From contig JAEUJM010000026.1 of the NCBI GenBank assembly GCA_016794585.1, positions 200,153-264,152 on the forward strand: DNA of 64,000 nt, read 5' to 3'. The DNA comes from Acidimicrobiales bacterium (GTDB taxonomy: Bacteria > Actinomycetota > Acidimicrobiia > Acidimicrobiales > DATDAH01). The position numbers and the translations under genes are program-made. How positions within the stretch are numbered: the stretch's first letter is position 1; the number at the start of each line of letters is the position of its first letter. The notes under the pieces were generated by a model. It saw only the letters and a list, made by a program, of their open reading frames with translations, had not been told where the DNA came from and made no database searches. This document shows positions 1 through 11,087 of this stretch, in pieces.

Positions 1-1550
1 CCCTGCTCGAGCTGGGGGCCAAGGACGTCGCCATCGTGCGCGACGGTGCCGAGGTGCGCGTCCCGGTCGACCAGCTGGCCGTGGGTGACCAGTTCGTGGC
101 TCGCCCCGGCGAGAAGCTCGCCACCGACGGCGTGGTCGTCGACGGCACGTCCGCCATCGACGCCTCCCTGCTGACGGGCGAGCCGGTGCCGGTCGAGGTC
201 GGGCCCGGCGACGCCGTCGTCGGCGCCACGGTCAACGCCGGGGGCCGCCTGGTGGTGCGGGCCACCCGGGTGGGCGGTGACACGCAGTTGGCCCAGATGG
301 CCCGGCTCGTCGAGTCCGCCCAGATGGGCAAGGCCCCGGTGCAGCGCCTCGCCGACCGCGTCTCCGCGGTCTTCGTCCCCGTCGTGATCGCCCTCGCCGT
401 CGGCACCCTCGGCTTCTGGTTGGGGCGGGGCGAGCCGGCCACGACCGCGTTCACCGCCGCGGTCTCGGTGCTCATCATCGCCTGCCCCTGTGCCCTCGGT
501 CTCGCCACTCCCACGGCACTGCTCGTCGGCACGGGCCGTGGTGCCCAGCTCGGCATCCTCATCAAGGGGCCGGAGGTGCTCGAGTCCACCCGTGAGGTGG
601 ACACCATCGTGTTGGACAAGACGGGCACGGTGACCACCGGCGCGATGGCGCTCGTCGAGGTCCACACCGCCGACGGGGTGGACGAGGGCGAGGCCCTCCG
701 CCTCGTCGGTGCCCTCGAGGACGCCAGCGAGCACCCCATCGCCCGTGCCATCGCCGACGCGGCCCGCGAGCGGGTGGGGTCGCTCCCGGCGGTCGAATCG
801 TTCGTGAATCGGGCCGGCCTGGGCGTCGAGGGGGTGGTCGAGGGTTCCGCCGTGGTGGCCGGGCGGCCGCGCCTCCTGGCCGACTGGTCGCTGCGCCTCC
901 CCGACGACCTGGAGGCGGCACGGCTCGCGGCCGAGGACCTTGGCCGCACCGCCGTCGTCGCTGCATGGGACGGCGAGGTCCGGGCCCTCCTGGTCGTGGC
1001 CGACACCCCCAAGGTGACGTCGGCGGAGGCGGTGGCCGACCTCCGCCGCCTCGGTCTGCGGCCCGTGCTGCTCACCGGTGACAACGAGCGCGCCGCCCAC
1101 GCCGTGGCCGCCGTCGTCGGCATCGACGACGTCATCGCCGAGGTGCTGCCGCAGGACAAGGTGGCGGCGGTCGCCCGGCTCCAGCGCGAGGGGGCGGTCG
1201 TGGCCATGGTCGGCGACGGGGTCAACGACGCCGCCGCGCTGGCCCAGGCCGACCTCGGCCTCGCCATGGGCACCGGCACCGACGCGGCCATCGAGGCCAG
1301 CGACCTGACCCTCGTCCGGGGCGACCTCCGCGCCGCCACCGACGCCATCCGCCTGTCGCGCCGGACCCTGCGCACCATCAAGGGCAACCTCTTCTGGGCC
1401 TTCGCCTACAACGTGGCCGCCCTGCCCCTCGCCGCCGCCGGCCTGCTCAACCCGCTCATCGCCGGCGCGGCCATGGCCTTCTCCAGCGTCTTCGTGGTGA
1501 CCAACAGCCTCCGCCTGCGCCGCTTCCGGCCCCTCCACGCTCCGTCCTGA
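1..1550 (+). CDS. Heavy-metal (Cu-type) translocating P1B-type ATPase, C-terminal ~500 aa; 5' end is upstream of the window
   Basis: Frame is open to the window edge. Motifs: CPC metal site ([13 protein letters not shown]), DKTGT phosphorylation site, [10 protein letters not shown] hinge. Confidence 0.9.
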   Translation, partial: LLELGAKDVAIVRDGAEVRVPVDQLAVGDQFVARPGEKLATDGVVVDGTSAIDASLLTGEPVPVEVGPGDAVVGATVNAGGRLVVRATRVGGDTQLAQMARLVESAQMGKAPVQRLADRVSAVFVPVVIALAVGTLGFWLGRGEPATTAFTAAVSVLIIACPCALGLATPTALLVGTGRGAQLGILIKGPEVLESTREVDTIVLDKTGTVTTGAMALVEVHTADGVDEGEALRLVGALEDASEHPIARAIADAARERVGSLPAVESFVNRAGLGVEGVVEGSAVVAGRPRLLADWSLRLPDDLEAARLAAEDLGRTAVVAAWDGEVRALLVVADTPKVTSAEAVADLRRLGLRPVLLTGDNERAAHAVAAVVGIDDVIAEVLPQDKVAAVARLQREGAVVAMVGDGVNDAAALAQADLGLAMGTGTDAAIEASDLTLVRGDLRAATDAIRLSRRTLRTIKGNLFWAFAYNVAALPLAAAGLLNPLIAGAAMAFSSVFVVTNSLRLRRFRPLHAPS

Positions 1551-1569
1551 TCCCCGCCTCCGGGAGGGG

Positions 1570-2421
1570 TCAGGGGGAGGCGAGGGCCTCGGCGGCGGTG
1601 AGGCGCTCCTCCACCGCCGTGCGCTGCTCGGGGGAGAGCTCGTCGCCGGCGAGGAGGCGCCGGAACAGCTCGGCTGCGCCGGCGGGGTCGTCGAGGCCGG
1701 AGAGGCGCACGTTGGCGAGGTACCACGTGGCGTTGCGCTCGCCGGGGGTCAGGTCGAGGGCCTCCTCCAGCAGGGTGGCGCCCCGTTCGGGCTTGCCCAG
1801 CAGGGCCAGGCTCCAGCCGAGGTCGCGCAGCGCCCGCTGACGCTCGACGTCGGTGCCGGCCTGGGCCCGGGCGAGCCGGGCCTGGTCGCGGGCGAGGGTG
1901 ATGTCCCCGGTGGTCAGGTAGCGCTCGGCGAGGGTGAGGCGCAGCGCCACCGGCGCCGACTCGTCGGCCACCTCGGTCTCGAGCTGGGCGAGGGTGAACG
2001 ACTCGTACTGGTCGCTGTCGTCGAGCGACGGGTGGTCCGCCGGCAGGCTCGCATCGGGCGCGACGACCGGGTCCGGGTCGGCGCCCTCGGTGGGGTCGCT
2101 GCTGTCGGACCCGTCGCGGAAGGCGGCGAGGAAGAGGCCGACGGCGAGGGCGAGCACACAGGCGACCGCCAGCTTGGCCCCGCTCGGCCAGCGCGGCCCG
2201 TCGTCCAGGTCGGCCTGCTGGGCGCCGGCGCCGAGGGGGCCCGAAGCGTCGTCGTCCTCCTCGAGGCCGGCCTCGTCGGCCTCGACGGGGTCACTCCCCG
2301 GGGGAGCGACCCCGCTCGACGTCGAGGGGCGGTTCACGGCGTTCGCCGCGAGGGGTGCGCCGCCGTCACTCGTCGATGCAGTCGAGGATGCTGGCGCCTT
2401 CCCGGTTCTGCGGGCCTTCAC
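1570..2421 (-). CDS. Membrane-anchored TPR-like repeat protein (function unknown)
   Basis: 283-aa ORF. Acidic/Pro-rich N-terminus, one hydrophobic helix (LAVACVLALAVGLFLAAF), then TPR-like helical repeats (ALRDLGWSLALLGKPERGATLLEEALDL...). The GTG at 2421 overlaps the upstream cytochrome gene by 56 nt. An in-frame GTG at 2337 would avoid the overlap. Confidence 0.6.
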   Translation of the reverse strand: MKARRTGKAPASSTASTSDGGAPLAANAVNRPSTSSGVAPPGSDPVEADEAGLEEDDDASGPLGAGAQQADLDDGPRWPSGAKLAVACVLALAVGLFLAAFRDGSDSSDPTEGADPDPVVAPDASLPADHPSLDDSDQYESFTLAQLETEVADESAPVALRLTLAERYLTTGDITLARDQARLARAQAGTDVERQRALRDLGWSLALLGKPERGATLLEEALDLTPGERNATWYLANVRLSGLDDPAGAAELFRRLLAGDELSPEQRTAVEERLTAAEALASP

Positions 2422-5104
2422 AGGCGAGCACCCGGCCCTGGCCGGAGTCGGCCGAGACCACCTCGGTCACGACCAGATTGTCGACCAGGTCGTCGGGGTC
2501 GTCGATGCGGGCCGACTCGGGCATCTCACCGGCGTCGTTCTGCGCCTCGGCCAGCGCCCGGATGAAGTACGGGGGCAGGTGGCGGAAGTGCATGGTGGCG
2601 GTGACCGTGACCGCGGCGCCGTCGGCGATCTGGCTGGTGTCGAAGACGTAGGGGATGACCAGCTCGCTCTGGTCCTCGCCGTCGGCGTTGAGGCGGGTGG
2701 GGTTGAGGACCCGCATGGAGAGGTCGTCGGCGATGCGGGCCCGCTCCTTCACCACGCCGCCGAGGAACGTCTGGTAGGGGACCTCCTCGAACACGCCGTC
2801 GTCGTTCTGGTCGCCGTCGGTGAGGATGCGCTGGAAGTTGGCCAGCCAGGGGTCGCAGTCCTCCTGGGTGCCGGCGAGGAGGATGTTCGAGTTGCTGAAC
2901 TCGGCGGGGTCGAGGCCCAGGGCGTCGGCGGCGACCAACGGGTCGCACTGGGGCAGGTCCTGGGTCTGGCTCTCGATCTCACCGGACCCGCAGGCCGACT
3001 CGGCCCCGATGCCGAAGTCGACCAGGCACACGTCTTCGCCGTCGGCGGTGGTGGCGGTGACCTCGAGCCAGAACTGGCGGGCGAAGGCGAAGCCGGTGGG
3101 GAAGTTGTGGCCCAACAGGTTGTTGCTGACGGTGACGTCCGCCTCGAACTGGTCGCCGTTGACGGTGTCGCCGTCGACGTTGTCGACCTTCAGCGTGACG
3201 GCCGAACCGATGAGCGCCTCGCGCTCGGCGAGCACCTCGTCGAAGACCTCCTGGTCGCCGTACGAGTCGATGTCGAGGTCGTAGTCCACGCCGATGAAGG
3301 TGTGCGACCGCACGTCGCGGTCCGGGTTGGGCAACAGGCCGGGGGCGACGTCGACGACCGGTGCCTCGCCGTCGCCCTCGGTGGGCATGTGGCAGCTCGT
3401 GCAGCCGAGCGGGGCGGCGAGGGTCTGGTCGGGGTTGTCGGCGAAGCGGTCGCTGAAGCCGACGACGTAGTCCTGCCACTCGTCGTAGGTGGTCTGCAGG
3501 ACGAGGTCGTCGAGGTTGCCGTCCTCGTCCGAGTCGTCCACCTCGTTCTGGTCGAGGATGAAGTCGCCGTCCTCGTCGGAGGTGGCCTCGGCCCCGACGA
3601 GCCCCTGCTGGGCGCCTTCGACCGGGCTGAGCCCGTCGCCGTCGATGTCGACGGCCACGTTGTGGCACGCCCCGCAGAGCTCGGAGCTCGTGACCTCGTC
3701 GGACCACAGGGGCTGGTCGCCGTCGATGTCGTGGAGGCGGACCGGCAGGGGGTTGGGGTCGTCGAAGAGGGGCCCGTAGAACTCGCCGTAGTAGGCGTCG
3801 CCCCCGTGCTCGATGGCGAGGGGCCCGAAGCCGGCGCGCTCGGCGGGCGCCTCGGCCTGGCTGTGGCAGGTGGTGCAGGCCACGCCGTCGGAGACGAGTG
3901 CGGGGTTGTCGCTGTCCACCGCCGGCGGGTTGTCGCCGCTGGGCTCGTCGAGGGGGAGGAGCGCGTTGATGTCGTCGGTGAACTGCGATCCGACGGGGGC
4001 GTGGCAGTTGATGCAGGACTTGGCCGCGGCGTCGTAGAGGGCCTGCTGCTCGGCGCCGCGTTCGTCGGCGAGGCGCCGGTTCTCGGCCAGCGTCACGGGC
4101 AGCTGCGCCTCCATGAGCGCGCTCGTCTGGGCGTGGGCCATGGCCGACACGCTCCACTCGTCGGCGATGTCGCTGTGGCAGTCGGCGCAGGTGTCGGCCG
4201 ACGCGTACGCGCTGGCCTCGTCGCCGAGCACGGCCTGGCTCGCGCCGAGGACGTCCCACACGTGGTAACCGAGCACCACGAACAGGGCGATGGTCAGCGG
4301 GGCGTGGACGGCGCGCAGGAACTTGTAGGTGCGGATCGAGCGGCTCTGGCCACCGGTGCGCGGGAAGTTCTTGTTGACCTCGTCGGAGAGCTCGCGGACC
4401 TTGCGCCACACCTCCTGCTGCTCGGGCCCGAGCTGGGCCACGTCGGCCTCGATGTCGGCGACGGGCCGGCGACCCTCGACGAGGTCGGCGGCGAGCTGGC
4501 GGAAGCGACGGGGCTGGCCGTCGACGATCTTCGAGATGCTGACGTCGACGTTGAGGGCCTGCTTCTGGACCCCGATCAGGTGGTGGCGGCACACGCCGGC
4601 GACGGCCACGACGATGCCGAGCACCGTCAGGACCTTCCCGGATGAGAGCACGTCCTGGAAGGGGACGACCGTGGCGTGGACGAAGGCCGCCACCAGCGCC
4701 AGGATGGGCAGGTAGAGGTGGGAGCGGATCCAGGCCATGGTCCCGCCGGGGAGGGTCTTCTTCAGCGTCTTGTTGCGCTTCCGGGCGCTGTAGACGATGC
4801 CGGGCCCGGCGAAGAGCAGGAACGTGACGACACCGAGGCCGGCCACGAACAAGAGGGTGAGGGTGGCCGACGCGTCGGCTCCCTGCAGGACGAACAGCCC
4901 GCCGAATCCCGCCACCAGGAGCACGGCGCTGCCGATGCCCGCGATGAGGTTCCAGGTCCGGGACTTGATCTGGAACTTGTTTGCCAACGATCCCCCCGAG
5001 AGACGAACAGAGCGAGCCCAACCGCCCTGGTAGGTTGGCACCCTAGCTTGCAGACGGGAGCGGTTTCTGCCGCCTCCGGATCCGGGCGGAGCAGCACGCA
5101 GCAC
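2366..5104 (-). CDS. Membrane multihaem cytochrome: N-terminal 5-TM dihaem-b-like domain fused to an extracytoplasmic domain with five CxxCH sites and Asp-rich Ca-binding-like repeats
   Basis: CxxCH sites: CADCH, CINCH, CTTCH, CGACH, CTSCH. Two TM helices each carry H-x13-H (SHLYLPILALVAAFVH; VHAPLTIALFVVLGYH). DxDxDG-type acidic repeats (DIDGDGLS, SDEDGDFILDQNEVDDSDEDGNLDD). Start uncertain: the ORF opens at 5104. A TTG at 4987 preceded by GGGGGGA would give MANKFQIKSRTW followed by TM1. Confidence 0.8.
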   Translation of the reverse strand: MLRAAPPGSGGGRNRSRLQARVPTYQGGWARSVRLSGGSLANKFQIKSRTWNLIAGIGSAVLLVAGFGGLFVLQGADASATLTLLFVAGLGVVTFLLFAGPGIVYSARKRNKTLKKTLPGGTMAWIRSHLYLPILALVAAFVHATVVPFQDVLSSGKVLTVLGIVVAVAGVCRHHLIGVQKQALNVDVSISKIVDGQPRRFRQLAADLVEGRRPVADIEADVAQLGPEQQEVWRKVRELSDEVNKNFPRTGGQSRSIRTYKFLRAVHAPLTIALFVVLGYHVWDVLGASQAVLGDEASAYASADTCADCHSDIADEWSVSAMAHAQTSALMEAQLPVTLAENRRLADERGAEQQALYDAAAKSCINCHAPVGSQFTDDINALLPLDEPSGDNPPAVDSDNPALVSDGVACTTCHSQAEAPAERAGFGPLAIEHGGDAYYGEFYGPLFDDPNPLPVRLHDIDGDQPLWSDEVTSSELCGACHNVAVDIDGDGLSPVEGAQQGLVGAEATSDEDGDFILDQNEVDDSDEDGNLDDLVLQTTYDEWQDYVVGFSDRFADNPDQTLAAPLGCTSCHMPTEGDGEAPVVDVAPGLLPNPDRDVRSHTFIGVDYDLDIDSYGDQEVFDEVLAEREALIGSAVTLKVDNVDGDTVNGDQFEADVTVSNNLLGHNFPTGFAFARQFWLEVTATTADGEDVCLVDFGIGAESACGSGEIESQTQDLPQCDPLVAADALGLDPAEFSNSNILLAGTQEDCDPWLANFQRILTDGDQNDDGVFEEVPYQTFLGGVVKERARIADDLSMRVLNPTRLNADGEDQSELVIPYVFDTSQIADGAAVTVTATMHFRHLPPYFIRALAEAQNDAGEMPESARIDDPDDLVDNLVVTEVVSADSGQGRVLACEGPQNREGASILDCIDE

Positions 5105-5130
5105 GCCAGCAGGAACGGGGAGGGGACGAG

Positions 5131-5889
5131 ATGGAGGGACGCCTCGTGGACGCAGTCGCTTCGATGGTCATCGGCATCGAGCTGCCGCTGCTGGGCGTCG
5201 GTCCGACACCCCTGCGCATGCTCCTCACGCTCGCGGTGCTCACCGCGATCGTGCTGGTGGTGCTGTGGCTCATCACCCTTGTTGCCGCGAAGCCCATCGA
5301 CAAGCAGTGGCCGCCCGACGAGCCCCTCGATCCCACCGAGATGCTGTGGGGCGAGGTCGGCGGCTTCGTGCAGAAGAGCTTCGCCGGCCTCGACCTCAAC
5401 CTGGCCCGCGACCTCGCGTCCTACATGGACGAGCAGAAGGTGCCGGCCGACACGTGGATCGTCCAGTACGGCGACCCGGCGTCGCACTACTACGTGCTGA
5501 AGAAGGGCGAGGCCGAGCTCTTCGGCGGCGAGGGCGGCCCGACGGGGCCCATCGCCACGGCCACCGGCCGCAAGCTGGCCGAGGGGGAGGGGTTCGGCGA
5601 CCACGCCATCACCCACCGCATCCTGTCCGACATCGGGGTGCGCTCGGTGACCGACTGCGTGATCCTCAAGCTCCCGGCCGAGGACTACATCGCCGCACTC
5701 ACCGTCAGCGCGGCCACGGGCGATGCCCCGCTGCTCGGCCAGACGCCGGCGCCGCCCCCCGTCCCGAGGGGTGGTCCTCCGCCGGTCCCGCCCGCGGCAG
5801 CACCGCCGCCGCCACCGGCGAGCCCCCCGCCCACCCCGCCGGCCGGCGGCCCGCCACCGGGGGCACCCCCGGGCGCCACCTCCTTCTAG
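5131..5889 (+). CDS. Membrane protein with a cyclic-nucleotide-binding domain and a Pro-rich C-terminal tail
   Basis: N-terminal hydrophobic helices. cNMP-binding-like beta-roll (HYYVLKKGEAELFGG...GFGDHAI...DCVILKLPAEDY). Tail PAPPPVPRGGPPPVPPAAAPPPPP. Confidence 0.65.
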   Translation: MEGRLVDAVASMVIGIELPLLGVGPTPLRMLLTLAVLTAIVLVVLWLITLVAAKPIDKQWPPDEPLDPTEMLWGEVGGFVQKSFAGLDLNLARDLASYMDEQKVPADTWIVQYGDPASHYYVLKKGEAELFGGEGGPTGPIATATGRKLAEGEGFGDHAITHRILSDIGVRSVTDCVILKLPAEDYIAALTVSAATGDAPLLGQTPAPPPVPRGGPPPVPPAAAPPPPPASPPPTPPAGGPPPGAPPGATSF

Positions 5890-6023
5890 CTTCCTCGCTT
5901 CTCGGCCCCGGCCCGCCCGACCCGTTCCGGCACCAGGGTCCGCACGCCGGCATCACGATCCTGGTTCCGCGAGCGAGGGGCTCGGCCCGACCGGCGCCGG
6001 GAATGCACTAGACAGGCGCGCGT

Positions 6024-7466
6024 ATGGCGCTCGTCCTCGGCATCGACTCGTCCACCCGCTCCACCAAGGTGGAGGTCCGCGACGCGGACACCGGCGCGCT
6101 GGTCGCCTCCGGCCAGGCACCGCACCCGCCGACTGCGCCGCCGCGCAGCGAGCAGGACCCCGAGGCGTGGTGGGGCGCGCTGGCGGGGGCGATCGCCGCC
6201 GCCGGCGTCACCGAGGTGGACGCCCTGTCGGTCGCCGCCCAACAGCACGGCATGGTGGCGCTGGGCGACAACGGCCAGGTGCTGCGCCCGGCGAAGCTGT
6301 GGAACGACACCGAGACCGCGGCCGACGCCGGCTGGCTGGTGCAACAGCTCGACGGCCCCGACGCGTGGGCCGCGGCCGCCGGCAGCGTGCCCGTGGCCTC
6401 GTTCACCATCACCAAGCTCTCCTGGCTGCACCGCAAGGAGCCCGAGCACTTCGAACGCCTCGCCCACGTCCTGTTGCCCCACGACTGGCTCACCTACAAG
6501 CTCACCGGCGCCATGGTCACCGACCGCGGCGACGCCTCGGGCACGGGCTACTGGTCGCCCACCGAGGGTCGCTACCGCACCGACCTGCTGCGGGTGGTGG
6601 ACGACGCCCCGGGCGACGACGGCTGGCTGGCCCGCCTGCCGAAGGTCCTGGGGCCCGGCGAGGCCGCCGGCCCGCTGTTCCGCGGCGCCGCAGACGTGCT
6701 GGGACTCCGCGGCGAGCCCCTCGTCGCGGCCGGCACCGGCGACAACATGGCCGCCGCACTGGGTATGGGTCTCGGGGCCGGTGACGTGGCGTTCTCCCTC
6801 GGCACCTCGGGCACGGTGTACGCCGTCAGCGAGACCGCCACCGCCGACGCCAGCGGCGCGGTGGCAGGCTTCGCCGACGCCACCGGGCGCTTCCTGCCGC
6901 TGGTGTGCACGCTCAACGCCACGGGCGTCACCGACGACATGGGCCGGCTGTTCGGCCTCGACGCCGACGCGCTCTCCGACCTCGCCCTCTCGACGCCGGC
7001 AGGCTCGGGTGGGGTGGTCCTGGTCCCGTTCTTCAACGGCGAGCGCACCCCGAACCGGCCCGACGCCACCGGCACGGTCGCCGGCCTGCGCCACGGCACC
7101 TCGAAGGCGCACCTCGCCCGGGCCGCCTACGAGGGCGTCGTGTGCAGCCTGCTCGAGGGCCTCGACGCCCTGGTGGCCGCGGGCGTGGACGTCTCGTCCG
7201 GGCGCACGGTGCTCGTCGGCGGCGGGGCGCGCTCGCGGGCGTACCGCCACGTGCTCGCCGCGCTGTCGGATCGCCCCATCACGGTGCCGGCCGCCGGCGA
7301 GCTGGTGGCGACCGGTGCGTGCGTCCAGGCCGCCGCCGCGCTCACGGGCACAGATCCGGTCGCCGTGGCCTCGGCCTGGGGTCTGGGGGAGGGGCCGGTC
7401 ATCGAGCCCGACGCCGGCACCGACGCCGCGGCCATTCGGGCCGCCTACGCCGCGGCCCGGGGGTGA
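6024..7466 (+). CDS. xylB: Xylulokinase / FGGY-family carbohydrate kinase
   Basis: 480 aa. N-terminus LVLGIDSSTRSTKVEV...EQDPEAWW and the overall FGGY layout (GTGDNMAAALG, VLVGGGARS). Confidence 0.8.
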   Translation: MALVLGIDSSTRSTKVEVRDADTGALVASGQAPHPPTAPPRSEQDPEAWWGALAGAIAAAGVTEVDALSVAAQQHGMVALGDNGQVLRPAKLWNDTETAADAGWLVQQLDGPDAWAAAAGSVPVASFTITKLSWLHRKEPEHFERLAHVLLPHDWLTYKLTGAMVTDRGDASGTGYWSPTEGRYRTDLLRVVDDAPGDDGWLARLPKVLGPGEAAGPLFRGAADVLGLRGEPLVAAGTGDNMAAALGMGLGAGDVAFSLGTSGTVYAVSETATADASGAVAGFADATGRFLPLVCTLNATGVTDDMGRLFGLDADALSDLALSTPAGSGGVVLVPFFNGERTPNRPDATGTVAGLRHGTSKAHLARAAYEGVVCSLLEGLDALVAAGVDVSSGRTVLVGGGARSRAYRHVLAALSDRPITVPAAGELVATGACVQAAAALTGTDPVAVASAWGLGEGPVIEPDAGTDAAAIRAAYAAARG

Positions 7467-7654
7467 CGACCAGAGGCGATCGTTCACCTCCGCGGTGGGC
7501 TACGTTTACCCGCGCCTGGCCTCGGCGTCGCCGCTCGGGCCTACGTTGACGGCCGGGTCGAAGGGGAGAGGCAGCCAACCGATGAGCGGATCGAGCTTGG
7601 GGCGGAGCAGAACATGAGCACAGTGGTCGACGGTCGGCGCCGGGAGCGACGGCG

Positions 7655-8736
<1,082 letters not shown>

Positions 8737-8740
<4 letters not shown>

Positions 8741-10158
8741 CCCTCATCCAGCCGATCGAGCCGGTGGCGCCACCGGTGCGGTCCGCTGGGGTCACCGGCG
8801 CGGCCATCGTCCTGTTCCTCCAGGGCGCCATCCTCGGCGTGGCCGGCGCGGTCGCCGCGGTGGTCACCCTCGGGATGACCCTCGACCTGGTGGTCGGCAT
8901 CGTCTGGGCGCTGATCCGGACGGTGGGCATCGATGCCGCCACCCCGGGCCTGTTCCCCGACCTCGCCATCGCCAACCTCGACACCTACCTGCTGCTGGCC
9001 GTCGTGGCCACGTGCCTGCTGCTGCTCAGCCGCAAGGAGATCACCCTCGGCCGGGCGCTCCTCGCCGGCGACCCCGAGGCGGTGCCCAGCGCGGTCGGCC
9101 TCCAGTGGTGGTTCCTCGGCGTCGGCGCCCTCTTCGCCTTCTGGACCCTCGTCATCACCAAGGACGCGGTCGTGTTCCCGGTCGTGGCCGTCGTGTTGCC
9201 CCTCGTGGCGCTGGCGCTGTTCGCCATCGGCGGTCAGCGGCCGTTCCCCAGTGCCTCCGCCGGCGGCAGCTCGTCGTTCGGCGGCTCGAGCGAGCGGTGG
9301 AACTGGCGCAGCCCCAGCGAGCGACGCGAGGCCCTCCTGGCGGTGGTGTTCCTCGCGCCTGCCTTCGCCGTGTTCTACGGGTTCTTCTTCTACCCGCTCG
9401 GGCGCCTGGTGCACTTCGCGCTCTACCAGCAGAACCGCACCGGCACCGCCGAGCGCTATGTCGGCCCGAGCCAGCTCACCGACGTGTTGGCGGGGGACGA
9501 GTTCCGTGAGGGGTTGGTGCACACCCTCACCTACGTGCTGTTCACCGTGCCCGCGGGCCTGGTCCTCGGCATCGTCCTCGCCGTGGTCGCCAACCGCCGC
9601 CTCAAGGGCATCAAGTTCTTCCAGACCGTGCTGTCGTCCACGGTGGCCACGTCGGTCGCGGTCGCGTCGGTGATCTTCTTCGTGCTGCTCAACCCGCAGG
9701 TGGGCTACTTCAAGGTCGACTGGCTGGCCGAGCCCAACCAGGTGCTGTTCGGCGTGTCGCTGTCGTCGGTGTGGCAGAACCTCGGCCTCACCTTCATCAT
9801 CGTGCTGGCCGGCCTCCAGGCCGTACCCGACGAACTGGTGGAGAGCGCCACCCTCGACGGCGCCGGCCCGATCCGCCGGTTCTTCAGCGTCACCCTGCCC
9901 ATCATCTCGCCCACGCTGCTGTTCCTCATCGTGGTGCTCACCGTGTTCGCCTTCCAGGCCTTCGCCCAGATCGACATCCTCACCGCCGGCGGGCCGGCGG
10001 GGGCCAGCGAGACGCTGGTGTTCAAGATCTTCCAGCTCCAACAACCCATCGACCTCGGTGAAGGGTCCGCCATGGCCCTCGGGTTGTTCGGCATCACCTT
10101 CATCGTGACCATGGGCCAGTTCCTGATCCTGGATCGGCGGGTGCACTATGGCAGCTGA
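8737..10158 (+). CDS. Sugar ABC transporter permease (UgpA/MalF-like) with a ~170-aa hydrophobic N-terminal extension
   Basis: The C-terminal ~290 aa show the typical binding-protein-dependent permease layout (EAA-like ESATLDGAGPIRRFFSVTLP). The TTG at 8737 overlaps the TGA of the ATPase gene (ATTGA). Start not certain. Confidence 0.8.
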
Positions 10159-11053
10159 CACCATCGCCATGAACGACCCGGCCCCGGTGCTGGGCGCTCC
10201 GTCCACCGCGGTGGGCGCCATGCCGGGCAAGCACGCCCGCACGGCCAAGAACGTGGGCTGGTACCTGTTCTTGTCGTTCCTCTCGCTGTTCGTGCTCTTC
10301 CCCGTGTGGATGACCCTGGTGCGGGCGCTCTCGACCCCGGTGGCCTACGTCAACGAGGGCCTTCCCCTCTATCCCGTCTCGACCGAGTGGGACATCTTCA
10401 GCCGGGCCTTCTCCGAAGGCGAGCTGGGCCGGCGCATGGCCCTCAGCGCGGTGGTCACGGTGATCATCGCCGCCTGCCAGCTGGTGACGTCCATCCTCTG
10501 CGCCTACGCGTTCGCCTTCCTGCGCTTCCCGTTCAAGCGCCTGGTCTTCGTGGTCTTCATGGCCACGCTCATGTTGCCCATCGAGGTCACGCTGATCCCC
10601 AACGTGGGCACCATCCGGGACCTCGGCTGGCTCAACTCGTACCAGGGCCTCACCGTTCCCTTCCTCGCCACGGCGTTCGGCATCTTCTTGATCCGCCAGG
10701 GCTTCATGGGCATCCCGAAGGACCTGCTCGACGCCGCCAAGCTCGACGGCTACGGCCACTTCGCGTTCATGACCCGCGTGGCCGTGCCCATCACCCGACC
10801 GGTGGTGGCGTCGTTCGGGGTGATCTCGCTGCTGGCGGCCTGGAACCAGTACCTCTGGCCCCGGGCCGTGGTCACCGTCTCCGAGTGGGAGACCGTGCAG
10901 ATCGGCCTCAAGTCCGTGGCGGCCAGCAACGTGGAGGAGTCGAACATCGGCTTCGCCGCCGCCATCATCGCCGCCGTCCCCGTCCTGTTGCTCCTGATCT
11001 TCCTCCAGCGTCAGCTCATCCGCGGCCTCACGGCCGGAGCGGTGAAGGGCTGA
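10148..11053 (+). CDS. Sugar ABC transporter permease (UgpE/MalG-like)
   Basis: 301 aa, 6 predicted TM helices, EAA-like motif DAAKLDGYGHFAFMTRVAVP. Overlaps the upstream permease gene by 11 nt. Confidence 0.9.
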   Translation: MAADTIAMNDPAPVLGAPSTAVGAMPGKHARTAKNVGWYLFLSFLSLFVLFPVWMTLVRALSTPVAYVNEGLPLYPVSTEWDIFSRAFSEGELGRRMALSAVVTVIIAACQLVTSILCAYAFAFLRFPFKRLVFVVFMATLMLPIEVTLIPNVGTIRDLGWLNSYQGLTVPFLATAFGIFLIRQGFMGIPKDLLDAAKLDGYGHFAFMTRVAVPITRPVVASFGVISLLAAWNQYLWPRAVVTVSEWETVQIGLKSVAASNVEESNIGFAAAIIAAVPVLLLLIFLQRQLIRGLTAGAVKG

Positions 11054-11087
11054 CCGGACCCATGAAGCGCTTCCACCAGAAAGAAGT

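Noticed and set aside
1570-2421. Calling the TPR membrane protein a CcmH/CcmI/NrfG-type haem-lyase accessory factor because it follows the multihaem cytochrome gene.
   Set aside because: The only evidence is generic TPR-like helices and gene adjacency. No diagnostic motif (e.g. LRCxxC) is present.
1934-4645. Very long ORFs antisense to or out of frame with the genes called above. Examples: 1934..4645 +, 20941..24252 -, 19900..22746 +, 36974..40030 +, 43226..45886 -, 58189..61668 +, 58487..61648 -, 54201..57017 +.
   Set aside because: Their translations are dominated by Arg/Gly/Pro/Ala/Val/Asp/His runs with no recognisable motifs. Each overlaps an ORF with clear family motifs on the other strand or frame. 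This is the classic stop-codon-poor artefact of very GC-rich DNA.
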